From NCBI GenBank assembly GCA_025558095.1, contig JAIVFI010000028.1, forward strand, positions 186,001 through 250,000: a stretch of 64,000 bases of DNA. The letters run 5' to 3'. The position numbers were made by a program, and so were the translations under genes. The notes under the pieces are model-generated. The model was not told the DNA's origin. It was given only the letters and a program-made list of their open reading frames with translations, and made no database searches. The stretch is from Hyaloraphidium curvatum SAG 235-1. Taxonomy: Eukaryota > Fungi > Monoblepharomycota. Below are positions 22,424-34,827 of this stretch, piece after piece. Position 1 is the first letter of the stretch. Each line of letters begins with the position of its first letter.

Positions 22424-25400
22424 ATGGCCGCCGCCCCGGTTCCGCCGGCGCTGGTGCCGGTTGGAGATTCCGATTCGCTCGGCTCGGCCTCGACCGCCGC
22501 CGTGGCGCCGCTGAAGGACTCGGTCGGCCCCGATCCTTCGTCATCCCACCTCGGCGGGCCCGAACGGATCCCCGTCGCGGCGCGACGGGTCTCCACAAGG
22601 GTCATTGCCAATCCTATGACTGTTACGCTCAAGGACCTGTCGGTCGAGGTGGAGCGGTCCAAGGGCATGGTCGGAGATATCGTGAAGAAGCTCGGCTTCG
22701 GGAAGAAGGCCAAGGTCACCGTCGAGCCGCAGAACGGCAAGACCGACGGCGTGGAAATGGTCCCTGTTCCCGATGGCGAAGCAGCAGCCAGCGAGGTGCC
22801 GGACGTCCTGCGCCTCGTGAAGAACGTGAACGCCGTCCTGCCTGCGGGCAAGGTCACGGCCATCATGGGAGCTTCCGGTAGGCTCTTTCAACGTTCAGTA
22901 TCTCGTTCCGCCTGACAGCGGTCCACCAGGTGCCGGAAAGACCACGCTTCTCAATGCCATCGCCTCTCGGCTCGTCGGCTCCGCGCGCGCCGTCGGATCG
23001 ATCTACTTCAACGATGTGGACATCGTGCCGCTGCAGAAAAAGGGCCGCGGCAAGCGTGCCTCATACGTGAAGCAGGAGGACACCTTGCTTCCCTATCTCA
23101 CCGTTCGCGAGACTTTGCGCTTCAACGCGGAGCTGCGGCTTCCCAACTCCATGAGCTCTGCGAGCAAGCACGCGCTCGTGGAGGAGGTCATCCTGGAGCT
23201 GAACCTGAAGGAGTGCGCTGATACCATGGTTGGCTCCGGGTCGTCGACTTCTTCTTCCTCCCGCGGCTGCTCGTCGGGAGAGCGGAGGCTCGTCTCCATC
23301 GCCATCCAGCTCCTGAGCTCCCCGCCGCTCCTCCTCCTGGACGAGCCCACTTCCTCCCTGGACTCCTTTACTTCCTATGCCCTGTGCCAGACGCTCAAGA
23401 ACATTGCGAACGACGGCCGCACCGTCATTCTGTCGGTGCACCAGCCCCGCTACAGCTCGTTCGAGCTCTTTGATCACCTGATTTTGCTCTGCAAAGGCGG
23501 CCACCTCGTGTACAACGGACCCGCCAACGAGGTCCGCGCCTACTTCGAAGGTTTGCTTGGCGTGGAAATGAACCACGAGGACAACGTGGCGGACTGGATC
23601 CTGGACGTGAGCAGCGTGGACTACAGCAGCCCGAGGAAGGAAAAGGAGAGCAAGGAGCGCTTGGAGATGCTGGCCGCCGCATGGAAAGGGCGCGCGCAGA
23701 AGGAAGTGGTGGCGCCGCTGCCCAAGGGCTCGCCTGCGGATCCCTCGGCAGGGGCTGCCAACGCTTTCTCCAGGTTCTTCACGGAACTCAGCACCCTGAC
23801 CCGGAGAGGGTACAAGAACACGCTTCGCGATCGCGGCTCCTTGTTCGGTGTCTTTGGCGAAACCCTATTCTTCGCTCTCGTGATGGGCTGGATCTTCTTC
23901 CAGCTTCCGAACGATTTGGCGTCCATTCGGTCGCGGCAGACCCTGTTCGTCATGTCAATCACGGCCAACAACTACTTGCTGGTGAGCTCGTCTGCCCGCA
24001 GACAATCGCTGTCCAGCTGCTGATGTCCTCTGCAGATGATCTTGTACCTTTGGCTGCTCTCGCGGGACGTCGAGCTTTTCGATTCGGACAAGGTCGAGGG
24101 CATCGCCGGCGTACCATCGTACGTCTTCAGCAGATTCCTCAGCTACTTCCCGTTCCTCGTGATTTGCCCGATCATCTTCTGTTGCAGTGAGTCCTCCTCT
24201 CTCGTTGTGGATGCCGTGGGCGAAACTGAGTTCATCGCCTTTAGTTGTCTACTTCATGGCGGGCTTGCGCGAAGGCCAGTTCGGATGGTATCTCGGCTCC
24301 GTTATGGTCTCCAACTGGGGTTACTGGTCGCAAGCTTTCCTCTGCGTCGGAATCGCCCGTCGTTTCGACGCCGCGTCGCTCATGGCGAACTCCCTGTCGA
24401 TCATCCCGTCCTTTGCTACGGGCTTCAACATGGCGATCTCCACCATTCCTGTCTGGCTCGGCTGGACCAAGTACCTCGTGAGTTGAGCTTTTTGCTTCGT
24501 CGGTCTTCACTCGATTGATCCGTTCCTTCCTCAGGTGACCACGTACTACGCCTACTCGACCGTCTACGTCTCGCAGTTCCGCGATGCCACTCTCGATTGC
24601 CCTTACCCGGCCGGCGACCCGAGGTGCGCCGCGTACGAGGGCAACAACATCATCCAGCAATCCGGCTTCGATCCCAACATGAACTTGGGTGCTCAGCTGG
24701 GCTTTGCGCTCTGCTCCGTCGTCGGCTTCGTGATTTTCGGTTCGCTGGCGCTCGCGTTCATCACCAAGGAGCCCGTCACGGCCGGAGCTGTTGCTAGCGA
24801 GAGCCATGCCGTTCGATTCGAGGAGGATCTGGAGGAGGCCGACGGATCGGCTGCGGCCGACGGGCAGGTTGTGATCAAGGTCCAGCAGCCCGCGGATCTC
24901 GGTCATCGGACGCTTGCGGAGGAGCACCAGATACACGTCATGGCCGACAACCTCGTCATGGACGTCGAAACCATCGGCATCACGCTCAAGACGCAGAAGA
25001 AGCGCATCCTCGCCAACATCAGCATGATGTTCGAGCCGTTCAAGGTCACGGTGATCATGGGCTCCGGAGGCAGCGGCAAGGTGTGGCCCGTGCGATGTGC
25101 CAGTGGTTCTTCTCCTGATTCGTTGCCGCGACAGACGAGCGTCCTCAACGCCATCTGCAGCGTCAAGCCCGGGCAGAGCCTCGCGAGCCAGACCAAGAAG
25201 GCCGGGAACGTCAGCTTCGGCACGGTCGTGAACCCCAGCACCGGCGTCGTTGTCAAGTACGCCAGCTACGTCCGCAAGGAGACGGATAACCTCTACCCGG
25301 CTCTCACGGTGCGGGAGACGCTGAACTTCAGCGCCCACCTGAGGCTCTACAAGATGACGGAAGCGGAGCGCCGCGCGCGCGTCGAGTCCGTGATCCGGAC

Positions 25401-27055
25401 GCTCGGCCTGTCGGACTGCGCGGATACTCTCGTCGGCGACGCAAACCTGAAGGGGATCAGCGGTGGCGAGATGCGCCGCGTTTGCATTGCTCTCGGTATC
25501 CTCGAGGAGGAGGTTGCAGTGCTTTGCCTCGACGAACCTTCGACTGGTCTGGACTCCAGCGCAGCGACAACGGTCATCACTGCTTTGCGGAGGATCGCCG
25601 ACACCGGAAGGACGGTGATCCTGACCTCGCAGCAGACCTCCCGCCCGGAAGCTTTCAACCAGTTCGACAACGTGCTGCTCCTGTCTCGTGGTGGAGAAGT
25701 GGCCTACGCCGGCCCGCGCGAACAGATGGTGCCGTTCTTCGAGAAGCTGGGCTACAAGATTCCCGAGTTTGTTCAGCCGGCGGACTACGTCATCGACCTC
25801 TCCAGCATCGACCTGCGCAACCACGCGGCCGAGACCGAATCCCGCGCCCGCGTAGCTGGAATCGTCGAGCAGTACAAGCTCACGGCCGCGGAGTCTTTCC
25901 GCGCCGAGGCGGAGAAGGCGCCGGCTGCTGGCGAAGCGCCGCACCAGGTGGAAAAAGCCGAGATCAAGAGCCGGACGCCCTTCTGGCAGGCCATCCCCGT
26001 GCTGTTTGCGCGGACGATGCGCAACTTCCGCCGCAAGCCTGCCGAGGCGATCGATTTCCTCGCGCTCCCCGGCGGCTTCGCCTTTGTCTCGCTCGTGTTC
26101 TACGAGAACAGCATCCGCGTGAGCAACTACTATTCCATTCAGGTGATTGCCGTCTCGTGCGGCCGCCCTCCAGCTCGCTCACCTGCATCTCTGCCAGAAC
26201 ACGCTCGGTCTCTTGTTCTCCATTCCCGGGCTCTTGTTCATGGGCTTGCTTCAGACGGCCGCCTACTATCCGCCTGACCGCGCGTTCTTCACGCGCGAGT
26301 TCCTGGACGGCATAACGAGCGTTGAGTGCGTTCGCATTCCGCCAATGGCGCCGCTTCCGTGCTTAATGGATTCGATCTCCGCAGGTCGTTCGTCGCCACG
26401 CAGGCCATTGTGCAGGTGCCTTTCACCATTATGGGAGCACTGATTTGGGTTCTGCGTGAGTCTCCGGTCTGCTTGCGACATCGCATGCCTTTCTCACACC
26501 CCTCCAAGTCGGCTGCACGGCTTTGGGCCTCCAAATCGGCTTCGGCGTCAACTTCTTGATCAACCTCTTGGTCACGACCTGCTTCCTCGTGGTCGGCACG
26601 AGCATCGGGCTCTCCATCCTCACCGTCGTCGACAACATCGGCCTCGGTCTGGTCGTTGCCAGCGCGCTGAACACGTGTGCCATCGTCATGTCGGGCGTGG
26701 GCGCGCAGAGCATCCCTGCGGTCCTATACTACATCAACGTGAGCTTGTGCGTGGTGTGCCGAGTCTTTCTCGTCGCTCATGCCGACGGCAGTACATCTCC
26801 CCGCTCCGATGGGGCATCGCCGTCCTCACCAACCTCGAGTTCACCGGACGGACCTTCTCCTGCACCTCGGCCCCGGACCAGTCGCTGCCGGACGGCACCT
26901 GCATCGTCTCTACGGGCGAGCAGGTCCTGCAGACTCTGAACCTGGAGTCGGTCAACATCGGCATGAACCTCGGCATCCTTGTGGCCATCACCGTCGCCTC
27001 GCGCTTCATCTACTACGGCCTGCTCAAATTCAAGATGTCGCGCATGATCTCGTAG
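22424..27055 (+). CDS. Full-length ABCG transporter (NBD-TMD)2, YOL075C-like, multi-exon
   Basis: NBD1: GASG|AGKTT, YVKQED, LLLLDEPTSSLD, SVHQP. NBD2: GSGGSGK|TS, ISGGEMRR, CLDEPSTGLD. Two TMDs with Cys-containing extracellular loops. Confidence 0.88.
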
Positions 27056-27156
27056 GCCTGCTTGGGAATGCCAGCTAGACGTAGACGTAGAAATTGGAAT
27101 GACATTACACAGATGCCTATTAGATTTGGGCAGTTTCCACGTTCGTCGACGGTATC

Positions 27157-27720
27157 TCAATTTCTGACGATCAGCACGCTGCAAGGCGCGTTCACGGCGC
27201 AGTACTGCGACACCGAGCCCAAGACGGCGCGCTGCGGCCGCAGGGCGTCAACCCATCGCCTCGCGATCCCGTTCCGCGGCCCACCTTGAGCGCATTCAGC
27301 CCGCGGGTCCCCACGACGATGAGAGACGCGCCCGTCTCCTTGGCCTTGGCGCACAGCGCCTCCCCCGCGTTGCCGTCCGACTGCAGCTGGCATACGAACG
27401 TCGCCCCCTTGAGCTGCACGCCGAAGGTGTCCTGGACCGAGTCGGCAACGCGCGCCGCGAGCAGCTCGACCCTCCGAGCGATGTCGGCGACCCCCGCGGC
27501 GCTCGAGGGGAGGGTCAGGGATTTGGAGGCGCAGAGGAGGACGATGCGGTCTCCGGCTCGAGCGCTTTCCTGGCAGATGGCGTTTCCGTGAGGTTTCGTG
27601 CAGGTTTGCGGTTCCAGAACGGGCCACCTTCAGGGCCGCGCGGAGGACGGGGTTCGCCTTGACGTGCTCGTCTGCAACGTCGTCGAGGCCGACGACAATC
27701 GTCCGGCCGGCTGTGCTCAT
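27157..27720 (-). CDS. Universal stress protein (UspA domain), spliced
   Basis: RTIVVGLD, GNAGEALC, LIVVGTRGLNALK|RAVLGSVSQYCAVNAPCSVLIVR. Confidence 0.85.
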   Translation of the reverse strand: MSTAGRTIVVGLDDVADEHVKANPVLRAALKVARSGTANLHETSRKRHLPGKRSSRRPHRPPLRLQIPDPPLERRGGRRHRSEGRAARGARCRLGPGHLRRAAQGGDVRMPAAVGRQRGGGAVRQGQGDGRVSHRRGDPRAECAQGGPRNGIARRWVDALRPQRAVLGSVSQYCAVNAPCSVLIVRN

Positions 27721-27832
27721 TTTGGAAACAAGAAGAAAGAACAGAAGGCGGCACGGCGTCTGCGCGGTCGTGTCGAGTCACGGCCGGGTCTCTGAGACGG
27801 GTCGTTCGCGGGTTGCCTAGCGAAGTTGCGAG

Positions 27833-28711
27833 ATGGAGGGCCGCTTCTCGGGCAAGGTTGCCTTCGTCTCGGGCGCAGGCAGCGGCATCGGCCGGGCCAC
27901 GACCATCGCATTCGCCCGCGCTGGCGCCGCCGTCGCCGCGGTGGACATCTCCGAAACGGGTCTGCGGGAGACGCTCTCCGTTGTTGGGGCCCCCGCGGCC
28001 CGCGTCCTCACGATGCGCTGCGACGTAACAAAGTCCGCGGAGATCAAGGAGGCCCTGGAACGGACGGTCGCGGAGCTCGGCGGGCTCGACTTTGCCTTCA
28101 ACAATGTCCGTCTCTCCCCTCCTGTCACTGTCGTGCCGCTGAACCGCGGCAAACATCCCCATTCAGGCCGGCATCGAGCAGCCGGCGACGCCGCTGGCCG
28201 ACATCCCCGAGGAGCTGTTCGATCGCGTGATCAACGTCAACCTGAGGAGCGTCTTCCTCTGCATGAAGCACCAGATCCCGCTCATGCGCTTCCGCGGCGG
28301 CGGATCCATCGTCAACACCTCGTCCGGCGCCGGCGTGATGGCGATCCGGGGGCAATCTTGTTACTGCGCCTCCAAATCCGGCGTGGTCAGCATGTCCAAG
28401 GCCGCGGCGCTCGAGTACGCGAAGGAGGGCATCCGGGTCAACGCGCTGTGCCCCGGCATCATCGACACCCCCATGATCGAGCGGTACACGCTGGGCACGG
28501 AGGAGGGGCGGGCGAGGGTGGTGGCGCAGGAGCCGGTGGGGAGGATGGGGAGGCCGGAGGAGATCGCGGCGACGGTGCTTTGGCTGTGCTCGGACGAGGC
28601 GGGGTTCGTGACGGGCCACGCGATGGTGGTCGACGGTAGGGGCCGCGTTTGGTGGCGCTTGATAGCGTTTCTCATGCGGGATCGACAGGCGGACAGACTT
28701 CGGGGATTTGA
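27833..28711 (+). CDS. Classical short-chain dehydrogenase/reductase, 3 exons
   Basis: SGAGSGIG, NN|AG (intron 28106-28166), YCASK, IRVNALCPG, VD|GG. Confidence 0.9.
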
Positions 28712-29069
28712 AACGCCGAGTCTAAGTCTTCTTTTCCATCCCAGAGCAACCTTGTCTGCCTCCAGCATCTCGAGCGGTTCCACCGCTCACTTCAGACATG
28801 GTTAACTGCGACTGTTCAGTATTCGTTGTCTTCATGCCCGATGTTGAGCACAGCAGCTCGAACCCGCAGCCCGCATCACGTACCCTAGAGATCAACCGTG
28901 ACGCGTGATCGAGGACCTCAGAGATGGGTAGTGCTGACCCGAGAGGGTTGATGTTGACATAGTGCTGCACTAATCTACACGCTGTGGTCGAAGTAAACTG
29001 ATCGTCGACGCGGCTGTGACGCGAGGGCGCGGTCTTCGCGGGTGGCGTGCCCTCCTTGGCACACTCGCC

Positions 29070-32000
29070 ATGGCGCCGAATCAGAGCAAACGCGCCCGGA
29101 CGGACAGCAATGCCGCGCCACCGCCGGCGCTCGCGTCCGCGGCGCGCGGGCGGGAGCTGATGGCGGCGCTCGTGGCGGCCGCACCCCTCGAAACGCGTGT
29201 CACGTCCATTCGCGGCGACCGGAACTTCGTTCCTGCGCCGCGCTCCGAGGATGAGGAAACGGCCCTCCGCTGGGCAGGCAGGCTTCCTACGGGCGGGCGG
29301 CTCCACAGCCGCCAGTTTGCCTACCAGCTGGGAGACGACGGCACCAGGCATCCCCCGGAGAGTTCCATCACTCCGGACGCCATCGGGATGCTTGCGTCGG
29401 CCCTGAATCGGCGCGGGCTGATGCTCGGTGACTCATCGGAGGACGAGGGCGGGAAGCACCGGCGTTGGCTGTGGAAGTCGCTCTCGACCTTCCTCTTTCA
29501 CAACGAGGCGCGCTGGAAGGAGCTGCTCGAAGCCACGGTGTGCCACATCCAAGCACATCGGAAGGACTACGAGGTTCCCATTGCCAAGAGCTGGGCGCGC
29601 AACGTCCCTGCCGCTCGGTCCGGTGCCGGTCTCGATGCCTACCTTGGTGATCTTCTGGAGGCCCGAGTCGATCCTTTCTTCCCCGTTCTTCACGCCGTGG
29701 CTGAATGCTTGGACGTCGAGCTGAACGTCTGGACGTGGACCAAAACCACAGCAGAGGAGCGGGTTCTCTTTACGTTTACCGCGCGCGACACGACTCCGCG
29801 TCGCCGCCTCTACCTTGTCCGCCAAAGGCCCTCGCTCTCGGATCAAGCGGACTACCGGCCAATATTCCCGGCCAGCGTTTCGCCTCCGGAGTCGACCGCG
29901 TCGTTGAACCTTGTTCCGGAACCGGACATGGAGCAGGAGATCAAGCTTCCTGGCATGGGCCCGCAACCCGTTCGGCTCCTGCTCAACGAATGGTTCACAG
30001 TCGGGGATGGTGCCGACGGTCAGTTCATGCAGCTCACACGGGAGGGCGCCGTTTACAGGGTCCGCAAGTACAAAGGCCGCCGGCTTGAGCAACAAATCAT
30101 GGACGACCGCTTTCCTCAGGACTTTCCTGTTCGGATGGTGATGGTGCCAAGTGTCGCCGCCCCCCCCGACCGAGTCGCAGTGGATGTGCTTCCCGAGGAT
30201 TCTGGTGCTGGGCAGCACCAGGTTGTCGCGGACGTTCCCATGCTTCCGGTGGCCCGAGCCTGTGACCAGCGCGACCTCTCCCATCTTGCGCTCTTCCAAT
30301 GGCCGCTGGCCACCTTGCGGGACTTCATCAGCCGGACATTTGCTGCAAAATCCTCCTCGCAAAGGGGCCCGGCCGCCGATTTGGTCGCCCATCTCCTCAG
30401 CGAGAACTTGACCCGGAAAGAGGCCGCCCTTCACTCCCTTGAAGCAGATCTGGAATCGGCTGCGGGCGAATACGTCCGTCATGTCGTGCCCGTGCTCTTT
30501 GTTGGGGAAACCAAGGTCGGCAAGAGCACCACGATCAACACGATTGCCAGGGCCGATCTGGTATCGGAGTCTGACTGGCAGGCTTACTTGGCGGAGCATC
30601 CTTACGAGGATAGCGGCGTCGGGGAACCCTACGACGAACGCGATCCCAGATACGTCGACTACAACGTGAGTGGCCCGATGGTGGTTCCGCCAACCGCACT
30701 CATCCCGATTGCAATTGCAGGGTAGGGAGGTGGACATCCTGCCGTCCTCCACCCAGTCGACTACAACCCGCTTTGCCCAGACTATCGTCGCCTCCGACGG
30801 CGAAGTCGGCTTTACTGTCGAGTGCTGGACGCTCGAGGAGGTAGACGCGCAGCTCGAACTCGTGCGCAGTCTGTTCGAGACCGTCGCGCGTGATCGCGAT
30901 CAGCCCGCAGCAGGCGACGGGGGAGAAGGCGACGATGAGGAAGACGAAGACGAGGACGACGAAGACGACGAGGAGAAGGAGCCGCTGCCGGACGCCATCA
31001 AGAACGCCTTTCTGACCAGCAAGGACATATGGATCTCTGCACCGGAATTGTGCTCCATGCTCGACATCGGCTCCGAGAACGAACTTTTCGAGCTGGAACC
31101 GGATCGACTCGTTCTGCCGGAAGCGAAGCGTGTCTCGCTCGAGTCGATGCCGGCAACCAAGACGCTTCTCTTCCGCAAACCGACCCTCGATCAGAGCCTC
31201 GAGGCTTTGCGGAACGAGTACCTGCGTGCGACGGTGAATCCGCTGGAGCTTCACGGATTGTTGAAGAAGGCCACCGTCAGGCTGCCCTTCCGGCACCCGT
31301 TCAGCTTCATCGACGTGCCAGGCCTGCAGAAAGAGGACCCGTATGGCTATCAGATTGCGGTGGATGCCCTCAAGGGCAAGCACGGATCGTTCGATACTTT
31401 GGTGATGATCTTCAGGGAGAGCCTGCCGGCCGCGGACGTGACCAACGCTGTGCAGGATGCCCGTCTCGGGACGCGCATCCTGGAAACCGGACTTGAGCTC
31501 GTGGCTTTCACCCCCATTGACAAGTCCAATGATCTCGGGACACTTGAAGCGCAACAGGCCAAAGGTGGCGTCCGGATCGCAAAATACGTTTCGGAGAAGC
31601 CTGCTGCGAACGTCGCTTACCTCATGGACAAGCTCGTGAAGGACCGTTGGAGCGGCGTCGCGGCTAAAGCGCTGAAACTGGGAGAACAGGAGAACAAGAG
31701 GCGATTCGACGTGGTCAAGTCCAGGATCCACGCCCTTGCGGCCAACGTGCTTCTTAGGAACCCGGAACAGCCGTCCGTGGAAGATCTCGTGAAGCTCATT
31801 CTGGATGGAACTTCGGCACGCTGGCGCAACAATGCCGAGGTACGTCGCGTCAAACCAGATAGAATCGCCCGTTCCTTAGTTCCACCTCCATCTAGAACCT
31901 GCAACGTCAGCTGCTTGTCGAGATGTCGTCGGTCGCCCGTCTTTTGCACAACTTCGCGAGCTTCGACTCCCCGGATATGCTCGAAACGGTGCTTTTCCAC

Positions 32001-33325
32001 ACCAAGGATCTTGCCCAGCGCGTATGTGATGATGCAGGTTACTGGACGTGCCGGGCCCTGATCGCTTTGGCCACAGTGGGGGAGGCCAAATGTGGAAAAA
32101 TCGTTTCGAGACTTCATCGAGATGAACATGAACCTCATTTGGGACTCTGCCGAGGTCAAGAAAGTTGTGGACCCCATCGTCAACCTGTGTTCTGCGACTC
32201 GAATGATGGAGAACGACTACAAAGACCTGAGGGACAAATGTGGGTGGCCGTCGAATCTTGCGGGAATGAATGCGCTCACCGGTCTGTGCAGACCTCAAGC
32301 GCAACTCCAAGGTGCTCAACTCGGACCTGCGCAACCTACCGATCCCTTCCCGCGGCATGAACAACGCGACCGACTTCACCATCCGCCCCCTCCGGAACCT
32401 TCTCGTTCCGCAGCTCATCGACGTGATTTTGAGGCGCTTCTCGAGCGTCATGAAGTCGTTCTTTGCCACCAAGGAGGACGGGCCGCCGTCGCAGTCCGCG
32501 AGCCGGGGGAGCGGAAGCCGGTCAGAGCGGCTCGGCGCGGCTTCCATCCTCGAGATCATTGACGGCAACTTCGACGACCTGGAGCTCGACGATGCGGATC
32601 ACGAGCAGAAGCAGCTCGCCAAAAAGATCCTCCAGGACGAACGGAACAGGCTGATCGGTGCTCTTCGGAAAGCTTCTGACAAAGTTTTGGCGAATGCCCG
32701 GGTCGAAGCCTTGGCTTTGCTCGACGAAACTTTCAAGGACGAGGTGAACGAGGTGCTCGGAGGCGTCTTTCTCTCAACAAGGCTCGCCAAGAAGCAGGCC
32801 GGCAAGACCATTAACGAAACGCGGATGGACTACCTGGTCCACAACGCCAACCCGGTTGGTCAAGCCGGCTTCTTTTGCCGCCTGCGAGCCTGATTGCCTC
32901 TTCGCCAGGCCGCTGCCACCGTCGCGAAAGCCGTCGTCGATGCGGCCCAGAAGCTGGTTAAAGCGGCCTCGGGGCGAATGACGGATGCTCTACTCAGGGA
33001 GCTCAGGGTGTTCACCGCGCGATTCTCGTCAATGAGGCAGGAGGATGTGAAGCGCTATCTCGAGCAGGGCAGCCTGAACGCCCTTAGGGCGTGAGTCTCG
33101 CGAGCCGTTTGCCGACGTTAATGGTGATCCGCCCTCCTCCCACCTAGGAAAGCTGTCGACGCTTGCAGTGTACTCATCGGCCTCTGGGACAGCTACGTTA
33201 CCAGCTTTATCTCCGGCCAGGTCGGCGACGACGACTTGCCGATCCTGCTCGAAGGAGCGGACACGGTGGAAGAGCAAGCGGAGCTGCTCAACAGGTATCG
33301 AGAGTACGCAGCTGGCCCCGAATGA
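29070..33325 (+). CDS. Large dynamin-superfamily-like P-loop GTPase with an N-terminal degenerate OTU-like domain, about 7 exons
   Basis: G1 GETKVGKST, G2 ILPSSTQSTTT, G3 FIDVPG, G4-like FTPID, helical C-terminus. GT-AG introns near 30666, 31840, 32022, 32241, 32856 and 33091 join the frames. Confidence 0.62.
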
Positions 33326-33392
33326 AGATGCACAGGCTTTGCTTTTTGCAATTCTTGGAAACACTCGTCAAATGCATTCATCTTTTACCCCT

Positions 33393-34683
33393 CTACAGCT
33401 TGCCCTTCTGAGCCGGGCTCCCCAGAACGACGCCGTCCACCTCCAGCGCCTCGAAGACGTCCAACGCCCGGTAGATGATCCTTTCTCCCCATTCCTGCAC
33501 GAAGTGACCCGCGTCTGGCAGCTCCATGGTCGCGACGGTCGAGGTGAGGAACCGATTGCGCAGGAAGTACATCACTGCAGTGCGTGCCAGCCCATCAGAC
33601 AAGATGAAGCGCGCAAGCCCATCGCTGACGAACCTCTGGGCTCGATCACGAGGTCCTTCATGCCAATCGCCATGAAAATCGGGATCTTGTTCCCCTCGCC
33701 CTTGCTCCAGAACTCGCCGGCCATTTTGCCCACGTCCACGCCCCCGTAGCTTTCGTCGAGAGGCACCATGTGCGGGAACTTGCATGCGCCCGCGGTGTGC
33801 TCGAAGGTCGGGTACGGCGCGTCATACGCCTCCTTCACGCCGGGCTCGTCCAGCGTCTGAGTGCTCTCGCGCATCATGAAGCTCATGGCTTTGCTGGCGA
33901 CGAAGGCGCCTTCCATCGTCTTGGTTCCGTACTCCTTCCACTCGAGGAAGCCTTGATGAAGTCAACCTGCTGCCTCGCCCGCACCGGCACGCGGCACGCA
34001 GCCCACCTTTGTTCGGCGGCAACCCCAACGGCAGCGCTGTGTCCATCACGATGTACCGCCTGAACCTCCCCGGCAGGTACTGAGGCAGGCAGAGCCCCAG
34101 CAGTCCGCCCCAATCCTGCACGAGCGCCGTCACCTCCCTCAGATCCAGCGCCAGCACCGCGTGGATCAGAGAATGCAGGTGGAACGCAAACCCGTAGTCC
34201 TCCATCCTCTTGGGCTTGTCCGAGCGCCCGAAGCCGAGGAGATCGAGCGCCACGGCGCGCCGACGGACGAGCTTCCTTGCGCGGCCGGGCAGAGGGTGCG
34301 GGCGGCCGGAAGATGACAGGATCGCGGGGATCATGTTGCGGTAGAGGAAGCTCCAGGCGGGTTCGCCGTGCAGGCAAAGCCAAACTTCCTCGTTGACGGG
34401 CACGCCGGCCGGGGGCGATGCCAGGGGTTTCCCGGTCGACAGGTCGATCACGGGCCCGCGTTCGTCGTAGTATGCCATCCTCAGGTGACCCCATTCGAGA
34501 TACTTGGGCTCGTACGGGAACAGGCTTCTCGTCTCGTGGAACGCCCTGGGCGGAAGACGTCCGTCGGCGACGCGCACCCAAGCTCCGGGGACGCGAAGCT
34601 CACGATTCCGGGGTCCGCAGCGCGACGATGGACGGGTCCGGAAGCGGCGGCGGCACGCGAATGTCTGTCTTAGGCGGCGGCAT
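33393..34683 (-). CDS. Haloalkane dehalogenase-like hydrolase, second copy, spliced
   Basis: LRTPES|AF, CLHGEPAWSFLYR, DLLGFGRSDKP, VQDWGG, AYDAPYP, AGHFVQEWG. Ends KGKL*. Confidence 0.87.
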
Positions 34684-34827
34684 GGTTGCACGCGAAAGAC
34701 AAGAACAGGACGGAGTAAACACAGATGCTCCGCCAAGGGGGCTGGCCGCACTGGGCGGCTAATCGTTCTTCGACGCGCCCTCGGCCGGCCACATTGAGAT
34801 CGTTCCTTCGTACAGCAAGATCAAACC

